From the NCBI GenBank assembly GCA_963667565.1, contig OY763415.1, forward strand, positions 1,440,001-1,504,000: a stretch of 64,000 nt of DNA, read 5' to 3'. A program made the translations under genes and the position numbers. The number at the start of each line of letters is the position of its first letter. Position 1 is the first letter of the stretch. Positions 34,681 to 45,625 of the stretch are shown in pieces. A model generated the notes under the pieces. That model was not told the origin of the DNA, made no database searches, and saw nothing but the letters and a program-made list of their open reading frames with translations. Source of the DNA: Acholeplasmataceae bacterium (GTDB lineage: Bacteria; Bacillota_I; Bacilli_A; Acholeplasmatales; Acholeplasmataceae).

Positions 34681-35756
34681 GCGAATGCACCTCCTGCAGC
34701 AAAGAATATAAAGACTGCAATAACGATAAATACCGCGATATATGAAACAATAAACTTCCATGTATATTTATTAGTAGCCCAATTTGGATAATCAATTAAT
34801 GGAACGAAAATATTAGCAAATAATAATGCGATAACAACACCTTCTGCATATGCGCCCCAAGTTCTTACTAGAACAATAAATGTACCAATAAGTAACCCGT
34901 AAACCCATCTACCAGGTCTTGTTACTGGTGCAGTGACAGGATCGGTAACCATAAATGCAATACCAAATAATAACCCGCCAGAGAATAAATTATATAAAAC
35001 AAAATTAAACCATTGATCAGGATATTTACTTAGTCCTACCAAAGCGATTAAAATCACAAATGATAATGTCGTAGACAATACCAATCTAAAATCAGCAGTT
35101 CTTCTGATTAAAAGATATGCTAAACCAATAAGAATCGGAATGACACTGATTTCACCCATTGTTCCTGGAATAAGTCCAAAAAACAAATCCTTTATTGGAT
35201 AACTATATAAAACATCAGGAAATCCCATGCCACTCTTAAGTGCAGTTAACGGTGTTGCACCTGCAACAACATCTACACCAACATAAGCATATGTATACAT
35301 ACCAGCAAGTGAGACAGAAACAAATCTTCTACCAGCGGCAGCAACGTTAAAGATATTACTTCCTAATCCACCAAATAACATCTTTACGACAATAATTGAG
35401 AATATAGCACCAATAACAACTGCAAAAATAGGCAATCTTGATGGCAAAATCATTGTATAAATAACCGCACTCACTGCAGGGGCAGTGACATTGTTTATTG
35501 TGTATGTTTGAAATTTTGATTTTAATTTTTCTTTAAATGTATTTCCTTTACCTTTATTCATCATGTAAAAAGCAACTGCTTCTAAACCAATCATGATGAC
35601 CAAACTGATGACAAGACGAATGACCGCATCCCATCCAAAACGATAAATTGCAAATACGACAACTGGTATGAGCGCAATAAGCACATCAATCATCATACGT
35701 TTCGTACTTGAATCTCCTCTTCTTATATAAGGCGCTGTTTGTTTAACAAATTCCAT
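34677..35756 (-). CDS. rnfD: Rnf complex subunit D
   Basis: MIDVLIAL, FGGLGSNIFN, AGATPL FMN site, GTMGE, TDPVTAP. Confidence 0.93.
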   Translation of the reverse strand: MEFVKQTAPYIRRGDSSTKRMMIDVLIALIPVVVFAIYRFGWDAVIRLVISLVIMIGLEAVAFYMMNKGKGNTFKEKLKSKFQTYTINNVTAPAVSAVIYTMILPSRLPIFAVVIGAIFSIIVVKMLFGGLGSNIFNVAAAGRRFVSVSLAGMYTYAYVGVDVVAGATPLTALKSGMGFPDVLYSYPIKDLFFGLIPGTMGEISVIPILIGLAYLLIRRTADFRLVLSTTLSFVILIALVGLSKYPDQWFNFVLYNLFSGGLLFGIAFMVTDPVTAPVTRPGRWVYGLLIGTFIVLVRTWGAYAEGVVIALLFANIFVPLIDYPNWATNKYTWKFIVSYIAVFIVIAVFIFFAAGGAFA

Positions 35757-35765
35757 ATATGCCTC

Positions 35766-37061
35766 CTACTTCACAAAACGCTTAGCTAAGCGCATGTATT
35801 CTGTTAAATGAATCTTAGAAGGACACACATATGAACATAACCCACATTCGATACATTTTTTAACTTGTAAAGTTTCAATCATCTCTTTATCTTTTTGCTT
35901 ATAAGCATTCATGATTTGAGTTGGTTGAATTTCAACTGGACATGAATAAACACATGACGCACAATGAACGCATGGTTCTTCAACTAAAACTTCTGCATTT
36001 TTAACAATCAAACTTGTTGTTGTATGCGTCATGACAATATCATCTCTTGTGACATTGACACCCATCATAGGCCCACCAAGAATCAAAAGTTTATCCTTAT
36101 CTAAATCTTTATAACCACCTGCAATTTTAAGTAGATCAGATACTAAAGTACCAATTCTAGCTCTAAAGTTCTTGTTATAAGCACCTTCACCACTAATTGC
36201 AAACAATCTTTCAAGTACTGGTAAACGATTTTTAACCGCTTCAAAAATACTCGCAAGTGTAGAAACATTTAAATTTAATACACCATATTTTGATAATAAT
36301 TGTCCTTGAGGAATCTTAATACCAAGAGCATGCTTAATCATATCAAGCTCCCATCCTTGAGGATAATGGTTTCCTACTTTAACAACTTTAATATCGTAAT
36401 TAGAATATTCTTTTAATGTAAAGTTTAATCGTTCTTCAATTTCAATATATTTTTTCTTAATAGCAATGATCCCTTTACTGGCACCAATCGCTTTCATTGA
36501 ATAAATCAACCCTTGAATCACTTTCTTAGGTTCATTCATCATGAGTCCATAATCGCTAATGATATATGGTTCACATTCAACACCATTTGCAATCACAACA
36601 TCGATTTTATCATTTGTCTTAAACTTAATATAAGTCGGAAAAGCACTACCTCCTAATCCAACCAAACCTGCTTTTTCAAAAATCTCAATGTATTCATCTT
36701 TAGTCAATTGATCAATTTCTTCATCAGTGCGACTTGTAATACTTTTATGTAACTCATATTTTTTATCATTTCGCACAATCAAACAATCAACAACTTTGCC
36801 ACTTTGATCCACGTGGCTTTCATTCCCAACTACTTCTCCGCTGACAGTGGAATGAATAGGTTGTTCAAAAAAAGCACCTTTTCTCGTTCCAATCACTTCA
36901 CCAACTTTGACGTATTGTCCACCGCGAACACAAGTTTCGCCTTCAGGACAACGAGAACTTGTCACTGGATAATATAAATATTCAGCATCCAAGTAATGGT
37001 CAATAGGTAAAGCTTTTAATTCTTTCTTACCATCAGGGATATGTCTTGTTTTAGTAATCAC
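35766..37061 (-). CDS. rnfC: Rnf complex subunit C
   Basis: [38 protein letters not shown], two CxxCxxCxxxCP motifs. Confidence 0.94.
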   Translation of the reverse strand: MITKTRHIPDGKKELKALPIDHYLDAEYLYYPVTSSRCPEGETCVRGGQYVKVGEVIGTRKGAFFEQPIHSTVSGEVVGNESHVDQSGKVVDCLIVRNDKKYELHKSITSRTDEEIDQLTKDEYIEIFEKAGLVGLGGSAFPTYIKFKTNDKIDVVIANGVECEPYIISDYGLMMNEPKKVIQGLIYSMKAIGASKGIIAIKKKYIEIEERLNFTLKEYSNYDIKVVKVGNHYPQGWELDMIKHALGIKIPQGQLLSKYGVLNLNVSTLASIFEAVKNRLPVLERLFAISGEGAYNKNFRARIGTLVSDLLKIAGGYKDLDKDKLLILGGPMMGVNVTRDDIVMTHTTTSLIVKNAEVLVEEPCVHCASCVYSCPVEIQPTQIMNAYKQKDKEMIETLQVKKCIECGLCSYVCPSKIHLTEYMRLAKRFVK

Positions 37062-38311
37062 TTAACTGCTCCTTTCTCATGTAACGGATATTTCTCGGTC
37101 AGTTTAATGACTTCCTCTTTAATCGCACATAATTTTTCTTCATCATCTTTATTTTTTAATGCCTCATCAATAAATGAAGCTATTAAATCCATATCTTCTT
37201 CAAACATACCTCTAGTTGTTACTGCCGGTGTTCCTAAACGAATACCACTTCCATATGCTGGTTTTTCTTTGTCATAAGGAATGGTATTTTTATTGCATGT
37301 AATATTGACTTTACCTAATGTTGTTTCAGCTTTTTTACCTGTAATACCGTATTTATCTTTAACGTTGATTAAAACGAGATGATTATCGGTACCGCCAGAA
37401 ATAATCTTATAACCTAAATCGCTCATCGCTTTAGCAAGTCTTCTTGAATTTTTTACAACTTGTTGTTGATATGCGATAAATGATGGTTCCAATGCTTCTT
37501 TAAAAGCAACACCTTTAGCTGCTATGACATGCATTAAAGGTCCACCTTGAATACCAGGAAATATAGCTTTATCAATTTTTTTAGCAATATCTTCATCATT
37601 GGTTAAAATAATACCGCCACGAGGTCCACGCAATGTTTTATGCGTTGTAGACGTAACCACATGAGCATAGGGAATTGGTGATGGATGTGCTTTAGCAGCA
37701 ACTAAACCAGCAATATGCGCCATATCAACCATCAAAAATGCACCAACTTCATCAGCAATTTCTCTAAATTTTTTAAAATCAATCACTCTTGCATAAGCAC
37801 TTGCTCCAGCAACAATTAACTGCGGTTTAACTTTAAGTGCAATTTCTCTGACTTTATCATAATCAATAAGTTCAGTGATTTCGTCCACACCATAAAACTC
37901 AGATTTATAAATCTTACCTGAGAAATTTAAATTAAATCCATGTGTTAAATGTCCACCTTCATTAAGGGACATACCTAAAATCGTATCTCCAGGTTTAATG
38001 AGTGCTTGATATGCTGCCATATTGGCTTGTGATCCTGAATGAGGTTGAACATTAACAAACTTAACATCATACAATTTTTTAAGTCTATTTCTTGTTTCTT
38101 CTTCAACCAAATCAACAAATTCACAACCACCATAATATCTACTTGAAGGATAACCTTCAGCATATTTGTTGGTTAAAATAGACCCTTGCGCTTCCATAAC
38201 TGCTTCTGAAACAAAGTTCTCTGAAGCAATTAATTCTAGGTGGGTCTCTTGTCTATTTTTCTCTTTTAAAATAAATCCATTCATCAAAGGGTCATATTGA
38301 TCTAATTTCAT
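37058..38311 (-). CDS. glyA: serine hydroxymethyltransferase
   Basis: [26 protein letters not shown]. Confidence 0.97.
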   Translation of the reverse strand: MKLDQYDPLMNGFILKEKNRQETHLELIASENFVSEAVMEAQGSILTNKYAEGYPSSRYYGGCEFVDLVEEETRNRLKKLYDVKFVNVQPHSGSQANMAAYQALIKPGDTILGMSLNEGGHLTHGFNLNFSGKIYKSEFYGVDEITELIDYDKVREIALKVKPQLIVAGASAYARVIDFKKFREIADEVGAFLMVDMAHIAGLVAAKAHPSPIPYAHVVTSTTHKTLRGPRGGIILTNDEDIAKKIDKAIFPGIQGGPLMHVIAAKGVAFKEALEPSFIAYQQQVVKNSRRLAKAMSDLGYKIISGGTDNHLVLINVKDKYGITGKKAETTLGKVNITCNKNTIPYDKEKPAYGSGIRLGTPAVTTRGMFEEDMDLIASFIDEALKNKDDEEKLCAIKEEVIKLTEKYPLHEKGAVK

Positions 38312-38419
38312 ATCTATTCTCCTCAATAATCTGTGGTTTATTATAACATAATAAAATGCAAAAAAAAAGACGAGTTGTCAAGATTTATGCTCATCTTTTT
38401 TTAGTTAAATTTACAAAAA

Positions 38420-39136
38420 TTATAAAGTAACGTTATGATAGATTTCTTGAACATCATCAAGTTCATTCAACATGTTCATTAATCTTTCAAATTTTTCTTG
38501 TTCTTCTTCACTTAAAGTTGTATCCATCATTGCCATCCACATGATTTCATCAGTTTCAAATTCCATATCTGGATATTGTTCCAAAAATGCTGTCTTAATG
38601 ACATTATAATTTGTTGCATCACTTAAAACTGTGACTTCTTCACCATCAGCTTCAATCTCATCCGCATCTAAATCATTTAAGACAAGTAATTCTAAGACTT
38701 CTTCTTCACTTAATCCTTTAACTGTAAATACAGCTTGATGATTAAATTGATGAAGTACTGAACCAGAAATACCTAATTTTCCACCTGTTTTTGTAAAACA
38801 ATTTCTCACTTCAGCGATTGTTCTATTTACGTTATCAGTTAAGCACTCAACAACGAAAATACTATTACCAGGTCCAAAACCTTCATATCTTGCAGGAATG
38901 TAGTTATCATCACTACCACCTTTAGCTTTATCAATTGCTCTTTTAATAATATCCGCAGAAACTTGTTCTTTTTTTGCTTTTTGAATAATTCTCTTTAAGT
39001 TAACGTTAAGATCTGGATCAGGTACACCATTTCTTGCTGCCATAAATATTTCTTTTCCATATTTGGCATATAGTTTACTTTTCACTGCGGCAGTTTTTGC
39101 CATTGCCACTTTTCTTACTTCATGCGCTCTTCCCAT
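38420..39136 (-). CDS. YebC/PmpR family protein
   Basis: MGRA, YEGFGPG, TDNVNRT, DDVQEIYHN. Confidence 0.94.
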   Translation of the reverse strand: MGRAHEVRKVAMAKTAAVKSKLYAKYGKEIFMAARNGVPDPDLNVNLKRIIQKAKKEQVSADIIKRAIDKAKGGSDDNYIPARYEGFGPGNSIFVVECLTDNVNRTIAEVRNCFTKTGGKLGISGSVLHQFNHQAVFTVKGLSEEEVLELLVLNDLDADEIEADGEEVTVLSDATNYNVIKTAFLEQYPDMEFETDEIMWMAMMDTTLSEEEQEKFERLMNMLNELDDVQEIYHNVTL

Positions 39137-39155
39137 ACATTTTCACCTATTCTTT

Positions 39156-39683
39156 TTACTTAAACTTTTCGTTATATGTGTCGATACATTGTTGAATGAT
39201 TTTTTTTGCAGACACTGCACCTTCAATATCTAAAATATAAGTCTTTTTGCCTTCAAGTGATTTATATACTTCAAAGAAGTGACCCATTTCAGTTAAGAGA
39301 TGTTGCGGTAATTCATTAATATCTTTATATTGTGTAAGAGATGGATCACCAAATGGAATCGCAATAATTTTTTCATCAATTTCATCTGAATCTATCATCT
39401 TCATAACGCCTATTGGATAAACTTCTACAATACTTAATGGTTCAATATCTTCTTGACATAATACTAAAACATCAAGAGGGTCATTATCTCCAGCATACGT
39501 TCTTGGAATGAAACCATAGTTTGCTGGGTAATGCGTTGAGGTGAATAAGATACGATCAAGAATAATCATTCCTGTTTCTTTATCTAATTCATATTTCTTT
39601 TTAGAACCTTTAGAAATTTCAATACAAGCAACAAATTTATCAGGTGTTATTCTTTTTGGACTTATGTCGTGCCATATATTCAT
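39156..39683 (-). CDS. ppa: family I inorganic pyrophosphatase
   Basis: KYELDK, YPANYGFIPRT, DNDPLDVLV, FFEVYK. Confidence 0.95.
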   Translation of the reverse strand: MNIWHDISPKRITPDKFVACIEISKGSKKKYELDKETGMIILDRILFTSTHYPANYGFIPRTYAGDNDPLDVLVLCQEDIEPLSIVEVYPIGVMKMIDSDEIDEKIIAIPFGDPSLTQYKDINELPQHLLTEMGHFFEVYKSLEGKKTYILDIEGAVSAKKIIQQCIDTYNEKFK

Positions 39684-39728
39684 TTTTATCACCTTTTTCC
39701 TTTACACATCTATTTTAGCATTTCCCCC

Positions 39729-39759
39729 TAAAAAAAACACCCCAAAAGTGAGTGCTTTT
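39729..39759 (-). terminator. intrinsic terminator in ppa leader (expression platform)
   Basis: AAAAGCACTC-ACTTTTG-GGGTG followed by T8 on minus strand. Confidence 0.75.
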
Positions 39760-39845
39760 CCTATAGCAATCGAAAATGTTACTTATCCCCGTTTGCCCCT
39801 TAGACGTATTTTAACTATCGCCTAATACGTTATGTATCGCTTCTC

Positions 39846-39919
39846 ATAATCGTAGTCACAATGTTTCGGCATTGTGGTAGATACGTCATCACCCCTAATT
39901 AGATGACTTATACGACAAT
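39846..39919 (-). promoter_or_regulatory. purine riboswitch aptamer, guanine type (C74)
   Basis: P1 TCGTA/TACGA, J1/2 TAA, P2 GTCATC/GATGAC, J2/3 GTATCTAC, P3 CACAATG/CATTGTG with CC loop, J3/1 AC. Confidence 0.88.
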
Positions 39920-39932
39920 TAAATACAAAGTC

Positions 39933-39962
39933 ATTATAACAATAAAATCGCTATATTGTAAA
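39933..39962 (-). promoter_or_regulatory. promoter of riboswitch-ppa leader
   Basis: TTTACA-N18-TATAAT with extended -10 TG. Confidence 0.7.
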
Positions 39963-39979
39963 GGATGAAATTTAATTTT

Positions 39980-40831
39980 TTACAACTTTTTTTGATGTTG
40001 CAAATAGAGTTCGTATGTATTTTGTAAAAGGCCTAATATGGTCATAGGACCAACACCACCTGGGACTGGTGTAATCATTGATGCAATTTCGCTTACTTTA
40101 GCGAAATCTACATCACCGACTAAATGACCGTCAACTCGATTCGTTCCAACATCAATAACGATGGCGCCTGGTTTGACCATGTCTGCTGTAAGTAAGTTGG
40201 GTTTGCCAGTTGCAACCACAATTAAATCTGCATGAATCGTATGTTCTTTGATGCTTCTCGTTTTTGAATGACATACAGTAATGGTTGCGCCTCTATCCAT
40301 CAACATTCTCGCCACCGGAAAGCCAACAATATTGCTTCTACCAATGATCGTCGCATTTAAACCTTCTATTTCAACTTTATAAAAATCCAGAAGTTCTAAA
40401 ATGCCTTTAGGTGTTGCTGGATATGTTGTTTTTTTCTTTTGATATAAATATCCTTGATTGATGACATGAAAACCATCTGCATCTTTATCTCTAGAAATCA
40501 AATCAATGAGCACATTTTCGTTTAAATGTTTAGGGATTGGAAGTTGCAAAATCATTCCATCAATTTCTTTATTATTATTTAAGCTTATAATTAAGTTTTC
40601 AAGTTCATTTTGTCTAATGTTTTCATCAAGATGATATAACTTATATTCAATGCCAACAAGCGCACACGCTTTTTCTTTACCTTTGATATACGATAAGCTT
40701 GCAGGGTTATTTCCCACAAGGATAACCGCCAAACAAGGGGATTTATCATATATTTTTTTAGATTCTTCTATTTTATTTTTTAACGCTTCTTTTAGTGCTT
40801 TAGAGGCTATTTTTCCGCTTAATAATTCCAT
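39980..40831 (-). CDS. folD: methylene-THF dehydrogenase/cyclohydrolase
   Basis: KDADGFH, GRSNIVG, TPVPGGVGPMT. Confidence 0.96.
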   Translation of the reverse strand: MELLSGKIASKALKEALKNKIEESKKIYDKSPCLAVILVGNNPASLSYIKGKEKACALVGIEYKLYHLDENIRQNELENLIISLNNNKEIDGMILQLPIPKHLNENVLIDLISRDKDADGFHVINQGYLYQKKKTTYPATPKGILELLDFYKVEIEGLNATIIGRSNIVGFPVARMLMDRGATITVCHSKTRSIKEHTIHADLIVVATGKPNLLTADMVKPGAIVIDVGTNRVDGHLVGDVDFAKVSEIASMITPVPGGVGPMTILGLLQNTYELYLQHQKKL

Positions 40832-40837
40832 ATATAA

Positions 40838-42427
40838 TCACCCTTCTATTAATTCACCCTCATCATCTATTTTCATAGACAACGCTCTAGGTGATTGATT
40901 GAGCCCTGGCATCGTTACAATACCTTTAGTGAGTGCTACAAAAAATCCCGCACCTAATGATGGCTTGATTTCTTTAATTTCAAGTTCAAAATCTTTTGGT
41001 CTACCAATAAGCTTTGAATCACCTGAAAGTGAAAGATGTGTTTTAGCCATACACACTGGTAAATTCCATCCTAGCTGTTCGTAAGTTTCTAGTTGTGCAA
41101 GAGCTTTTTTTCTAAATTTGACAGTTGAAGCACCATAAATTTTGGTTGCTATTTTTTCAATTTTTGTTCTCACTGAATCTTCTTTTGTATATGTTGGGAC
41201 AAATTGGCTAGGTTGATTAATGACATCTTTGACGACCTGTGCTAGAGATACCATACCTTTAGCACCTTGCATAAATCCATCAGCAAATGCAAGTGGATAT
41301 TGATGCTCTTTTGCCCATGTCAACATATAATTGATTTCTTCTTCTGAATCTGAAGCAAAGTGATTAAGTGCAATCACGAAATTTAATCCAAAATTTTGAA
41401 TGTTTTCAATGTGCTTTTCAAGATGTGGAATACCACGTTTTAGTGCCTCTAAATCTTCTACTTGATAATCAGCTGCTTCTCCATGTGATTTAAGTGCTCT
41501 AATCGTTGCTACCAAGACAACTAAATCAGGTGATTTTGGTAATTCAGGTACCTTTAGGTCAAGGAATTTTTCCATACCTAAATCGGCTCCAAATCCAGCT
41601 TCAGTAATTGCGTAATCTCCAAGTTTTAAAGCCATCTTTGTTGCATTTACTGAATTACATCCATGCGCAATATTTGCAAATGGTCCTGCATGAACAAAAG
41701 CTGGAATACCTTCAATAGTTTGAACCAAATTAGGTTTTAAAGCATCTTTTAATAATAATGCCATCGCATCTACACATCCTAAGTCACGTGCAAACAATGG
41801 TTGTTCATCCATATTATATCCAATCATTATTTTGCTTAATCTTAGTTTTAAGTCTTTAATATCTTTAGATAAAGCTAAGATTGCCATGATTTCGCTCGCT
41901 GCTGTAATCATAAAACCGTCTTCTCTAGTTCCTAAATCAATGGTTCTTAAACTTCTATCATTCATATCTAATGCTCTTCTCCAAATCACATCTTTGATTT
42001 GAAGTTCATTGCCTTGATATATATGGTTATCAATGATTGCAGATAATAAATTGTGAGCTGAGGTGATTGCATGTAAATCCCCTGTGAAATGAAGATTGAT
42101 CGGTTCTTCAGGGACAATGATAGATTTACCGCCACCAGTTGCACCACCTTTCAAACCAAACACAGGACCTAAACTAGGCTCTCTTAATGCAAGAACCGGT
42201 TTTTCTCCTATTTCATTCAATCCTTGAGCTAACCCAATTGAAATTGTCGTTTTTCCTTCGCCTGCTGGTGTAGGATTAATTGCTGTTACTAAAATAAGTT
42301 TGCCATCTTTCTCTTCTTTTAATCGATCTAAAAGTGAAAGTGATATTTTCGCTTTATCATTTCCATAAGGGATAAGTTCACGCTCTAATATCCCAACGCC
42401 TAGGGCTACTTCTTTGATATGTTTCAT
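40838..42427 (-). CDS. fhs: formate--tetrahydrofolate ligase
   Basis: PTPAGEGKTT, KGGATGGG, GPFANIAHG, TEAGFGADLG. Confidence 0.96.
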   Translation of the reverse strand: MKHIKEVALGVGILERELIPYGNDKAKISLSLLDRLKEEKDGKLILVTAINPTPAGEGKTTISIGLAQGLNEIGEKPVLALREPSLGPVFGLKGGATGGGKSIIVPEEPINLHFTGDLHAITSAHNLLSAIIDNHIYQGNELQIKDVIWRRALDMNDRSLRTIDLGTREDGFMITAASEIMAILALSKDIKDLKLRLSKIMIGYNMDEQPLFARDLGCVDAMALLLKDALKPNLVQTIEGIPAFVHAGPFANIAHGCNSVNATKMALKLGDYAITEAGFGADLGMEKFLDLKVPELPKSPDLVVLVATIRALKSHGEAADYQVEDLEALKRGIPHLEKHIENIQNFGLNFVIALNHFASDSEEEINYMLTWAKEHQYPLAFADGFMQGAKGMVSLAQVVKDVINQPSQFVPTYTKEDSVRTKIEKIATKIYGASTVKFRKKALAQLETYEQLGWNLPVCMAKTHLSLSGDSKLIGRPKDFELEIKEIKPSLGAGFFVALTKGIVTMPGLNQSPRALSMKIDDEGELIEG

Positions 42428-42447
42428 TCTGATAACCTCCTAAAAGA

Positions 42448-42472
42448 AAAAGTACCGTAACTCGGTACTTTT
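42448..42472 (-). terminator. terminator after pflA, adjacent to an extended -10 (TGCTATAAT) that may drive fhs
   Basis: AAAAGTACCG-N5-CGGTACTTTT. Confidence 0.7.
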
Positions 42473-42483
42473 ATTATAGCATA

Positions 42484-43230
42484 TTAATCTTTATAAAAGT
42501 GATACCCATCTTTTAAGATGAATTCCGCTTTTTTAACATCTTCTTTACTCGGTTCTTTTGTATCTTTAAGTGGATAATCAAGACCCATACTTTCCCATTT
42601 CATTTGTCCTTTTGAGTGGTATGGTAATACTTCTATGCCTTGAACAAAATGAAGTGTGTCTAGATATGCTCTAAGCGCTTTTAAATCTTCTTCTTGATCT
42701 GTTAAACCTGGTACTAAAACATGTCTAATAATCATTGGTTTTTCTAGTGATTCAAGAAGTTTTGCAAATGCTAATACATGATCATTTGTAGATCCAGTGA
42801 TGACTTTATGTTGATCATTTTTGATGTGTTTAATATCAAGCAATACCAAATCAGTATATTTAAGTAACTCTTGATATTTATCACTTTGTTTATGATTAAA
42901 ACAAGAAGCAGCGGTATCCAAGCACGTATGAATGCCTTGTTGTTTTGCTTGTGCGAATAACTCAGTTAGAAAATCTAGTTGTAATATAGGATCGCCACCA
43001 CTTGCTGTTAACCCACCGTTTTTGTAAAACTTTTGGTATTTATTATAATCAGTTAAAATTTCTTCAACTTCCATCAAATGATTTTGTTTTGTAGACCATG
43101 TGTCTCTATTGTGACAATATTGACACTGGAAAGGACACCCTTGAAAGAAAACGACATATCTAATGCCTGGGCCGTCAAAAGTCCCAAGTGTTTCTACTGA
43201 ATGGATATTGCCTTGATTAAACTTTCTCAT
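42484..43230 (-). CDS. pflA: pyruvate formate-lyase activating enzyme
   Basis: DGPGIR, radical [13 protein letters not shown]. Confidence 0.95.
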   Translation of the reverse strand: MRKFNQGNIHSVETLGTFDGPGIRYVVFFQGCPFQCQYCHNRDTWSTKQNHLMEVEEILTDYNKYQKFYKNGGLTASGGDPILQLDFLTELFAQAKQQGIHTCLDTAASCFNHKQSDKYQELLKYTDLVLLDIKHIKNDQHKVITGSTNDHVLAFAKLLESLEKPMIIRHVLVPGLTDQEEDLKALRAYLDTLHFVQGIEVLPYHSKGQMKWESMGLDYPLKDTKEPSKEDVKKAEFILKDGYHFYKD

Positions 43231-45475
43231 GGAAGGTTCTTGAAATGACCTCACGTTTTTGTTCGTTTGTTAAGTTAGAAAAGTTCACTGCATATCCTGA
43301 TACTCTAATGGTTAAATTAGGATATTTTTCAGGATGATCATAAGCATCTTGCAATGTCTTACGATTCATAATATTCACATTTAAATGATAACCACCATTG
43401 ACGAAATATCCATCTAAAATCGTCACTAGGTTTTCAACTTTAATATCGCCTTCATAGACAAATCCATCGGCAGATTCTAAATCTTTTCCTAATGCTTGTG
43501 GTACTAATGTGAATGTATTTGAAATACCATCTTGACAGCTTTCGCATGGTATTTTAGAAACACTTAATAATGATTGTAATGCACCAGATTTGTCACGACC
43601 ATGCATTGGGTTAGCCCCTGGAGCAAATGGTTCGCCTTTTCTTCTTCCGTCTGGTGTATTCCCTGTTTTCTTTCCATAAACCACATTTGATGTAATGGTT
43701 AAAATACTCATTGTTGGTACTGATTCTCTATATGTATATTGATTTCTAATTTTACTCATGAAACGGTTAACAATATCAACTGCTAACATATCAACTGCAT
43801 CATCATTATTACCATAACATGGGAAATCGCCATCGATTTCAAAATCATAAATTAATCCGCGATCATCATAAACTGGTTTCACTTTTGCGTGTTTAATTGC
43901 TGATAATGAATCTGCAACCACTGATAACCCTGCAACACCAGTTGCGAAATTTCTTTTAACTTCTGGGTTGTGAAATGCCATTTGGATAGCTTCATATGCA
44001 TATTTATCATGCATGTAATGAATAATATTTAAAGCACTCACATAAACTTCAGCTAACCAAGTTAACATGTGGTCAAATCTATCCATGACAACATCATAAT
44101 CCAATACATCTGCTTGTAAAACATCATTCATTGGACCAACTTGAGCACCGCTTAATTCATCTCTACCACCATTGATTGCGTATAGTAATGCTTTAGCTAA
44201 GTTGGCTCTCGCTCCAAAGAATTGCATTTCTTGTCCGATTGCCATAGGCGATACACAACAAGCAATACCGTAATCGTCACCGTGGTCAGGTCTCATTTGT
44301 TCATCATTTTCGTATTGGATACTGCTTGTATCAATAGAAACTTTTGCACAGAACTTCTTAAAGTTTTCAGGAAGGCTTTCACTCCAAAGCACTGTTAAGT
44401 TGGGTTCTGCAGAAGTACCTAAGTTATATAATGTTTGTAAATATCTAAATGTTGATTTAGTTACCCAAGAACGACCATCTAATGTTAGTCCTGCTAAACT
44501 CTCAGTGACCCATGTTGGATCTCCTGTAAATAAATCATTGTATTCTGGTGTTCTAGCAAAACGAATCATTCTTAATTTCATGATAAAATGATCGATAAGT
44601 TCTTGTGCTTCAACTTCAGTGATGATGCCGTCTTTTAAATCTCTTTCTATATAAATATCTACAAATGAAGCAGTTCTACCTAAACTCATCGCTGCACCAT
44701 TTTGTTCTTTAACTGCCGCTAAATAACCAAAATAGGTCCATTGAATGGCTTCATATGCATTTTCCGCTGGTCTTGTTAAATCAAATCCATAAATTTCACC
44801 CATTTTAATGAATTCATTTAATGCGTTGATTTGATCTTGAAGCTCTTCACACATTCTAATGTTCTTTTCATTCATCACCTTAGATTGGTAAATGGCTTTT
44901 TGTTCTTCTCTTTCGGCGATTAATCTAGTTGTACCATATAATGCTACTCTTCTGTAATCACCAATGATTCTTCCGCGGCCATATCCATCGGGTAATCCTG
45001 TAATAATTCCAGTTCTTCTTGCGTCTCTAATTTCTTTTGAATACACATCGAAAACACCTTGATTGTGTGTTTTTCTATATGTTGAAAAAATATGTACCAT
45101 TGCAGGATCAATCTCATAACCATAAGCTTTTGCTGCTTTGTATGCGACGTTGATACCACCATAAGGATGAAAAGCTCTCTTGAATGGGGCATCTGTTTGT
45201 AAACCTACAATCTTTTCTAAATCCTTGTTAATATAAGCAGCTGGATGTGAAGTTAAGCTAGAGACAACATCTGTATCCATCCCTAGAGAACCACCATTTT
45301 CTTTTTCTTGTTTTAACAATTTATAGAATTGTTCATTTAATAATTTACTGCTTTCAGTTGGTCCTTCCAAAAATGATGAATCTCCTAGATATTCATTATA
45401 ATTGTCGAACATAAAATCTCTAACGTTGATTTCTTTTTTCCAAGAATCACCTTTAAAGTTTCTCCATGCGTTCAT
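43217..45475 (-). CDS. pflB: pyruvate formate-lyase
   Basis: [16 protein letters not shown], glycyl-radical loop IRVSGYAV. Confidence 0.97.
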   Translation of the reverse strand: MNAWRNFKGDSWKKEINVRDFMFDNYNEYLGDSSFLEGPTESSKLLNEQFYKLLKQEKENGGSLGMDTDVVSSLTSHPAAYINKDLEKIVGLQTDAPFKRAFHPYGGINVAYKAAKAYGYEIDPAMVHIFSTYRKTHNQGVFDVYSKEIRDARRTGIITGLPDGYGRGRIIGDYRRVALYGTTRLIAEREEQKAIYQSKVMNEKNIRMCEELQDQINALNEFIKMGEIYGFDLTRPAENAYEAIQWTYFGYLAAVKEQNGAAMSLGRTASFVDIYIERDLKDGIITEVEAQELIDHFIMKLRMIRFARTPEYNDLFTGDPTWVTESLAGLTLDGRSWVTKSTFRYLQTLYNLGTSAEPNLTVLWSESLPENFKKFCAKVSIDTSSIQYENDEQMRPDHGDDYGIACCVSPMAIGQEMQFFGARANLAKALLYAINGGRDELSGAQVGPMNDVLQADVLDYDVVMDRFDHMLTWLAEVYVSALNIIHYMHDKYAYEAIQMAFHNPEVKRNFATGVAGLSVVADSLSAIKHAKVKPVYDDRGLIYDFEIDGDFPCYGNNDDAVDMLAVDIVNRFMSKIRNQYTYRESVPTMSILTITSNVVYGKKTGNTPDGRRKGEPFAPGANPMHGRDKSGALQSLLSVSKIPCESCQDGISNTFTLVPQALGKDLESADGFVYEGDIKVENLVTILDGYFVNGGYHLNVNIMNRKTLQDAYDHPEKYPNLTIRVSGYAVNFSNLTNEQKREVISRTFHEKV

Positions 45476-45578
45476 ATCTGTACCTCCAATTATGTATTTT
45501 TTAATTGCATCGATTGATTTCAACACCATTATATTGTGTTTAATTTTAAAAAGCCACTGATTCTATAATTTTATAAAC

Positions 45579-45592
45579 TGAAAACGTTTTAA
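45579..45592. promoter_or_regulatory. cre/LacI-like operator in the pflB-hflX divergent region
   Basis: TGAAAACGTTTTAA, near-palindromic match to TGWAANCGNTNWCA. Confidence 0.4.
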
Positions 45593-45625
45593 AAAATGTT
45601 AACATAGAAATGTGGTGGTGATCAT

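Noticed and set aside
39755..39845. Calling the second ppa-leader motif a PRPP/ykkC, ZTP, THF or glmS RNA
   Set aside because: Their consensus cores (e.g. CUAGGGUUCCG, GCCUGGGC, UUGACGAGG) are absent, so it is left unassigned.
42428..42483. ZTP/THF riboswitch upstream of fhs-folD
   Set aside because: The gap is only about 55 nt and holds just a terminator hairpin, an extended -10 and the RBS.
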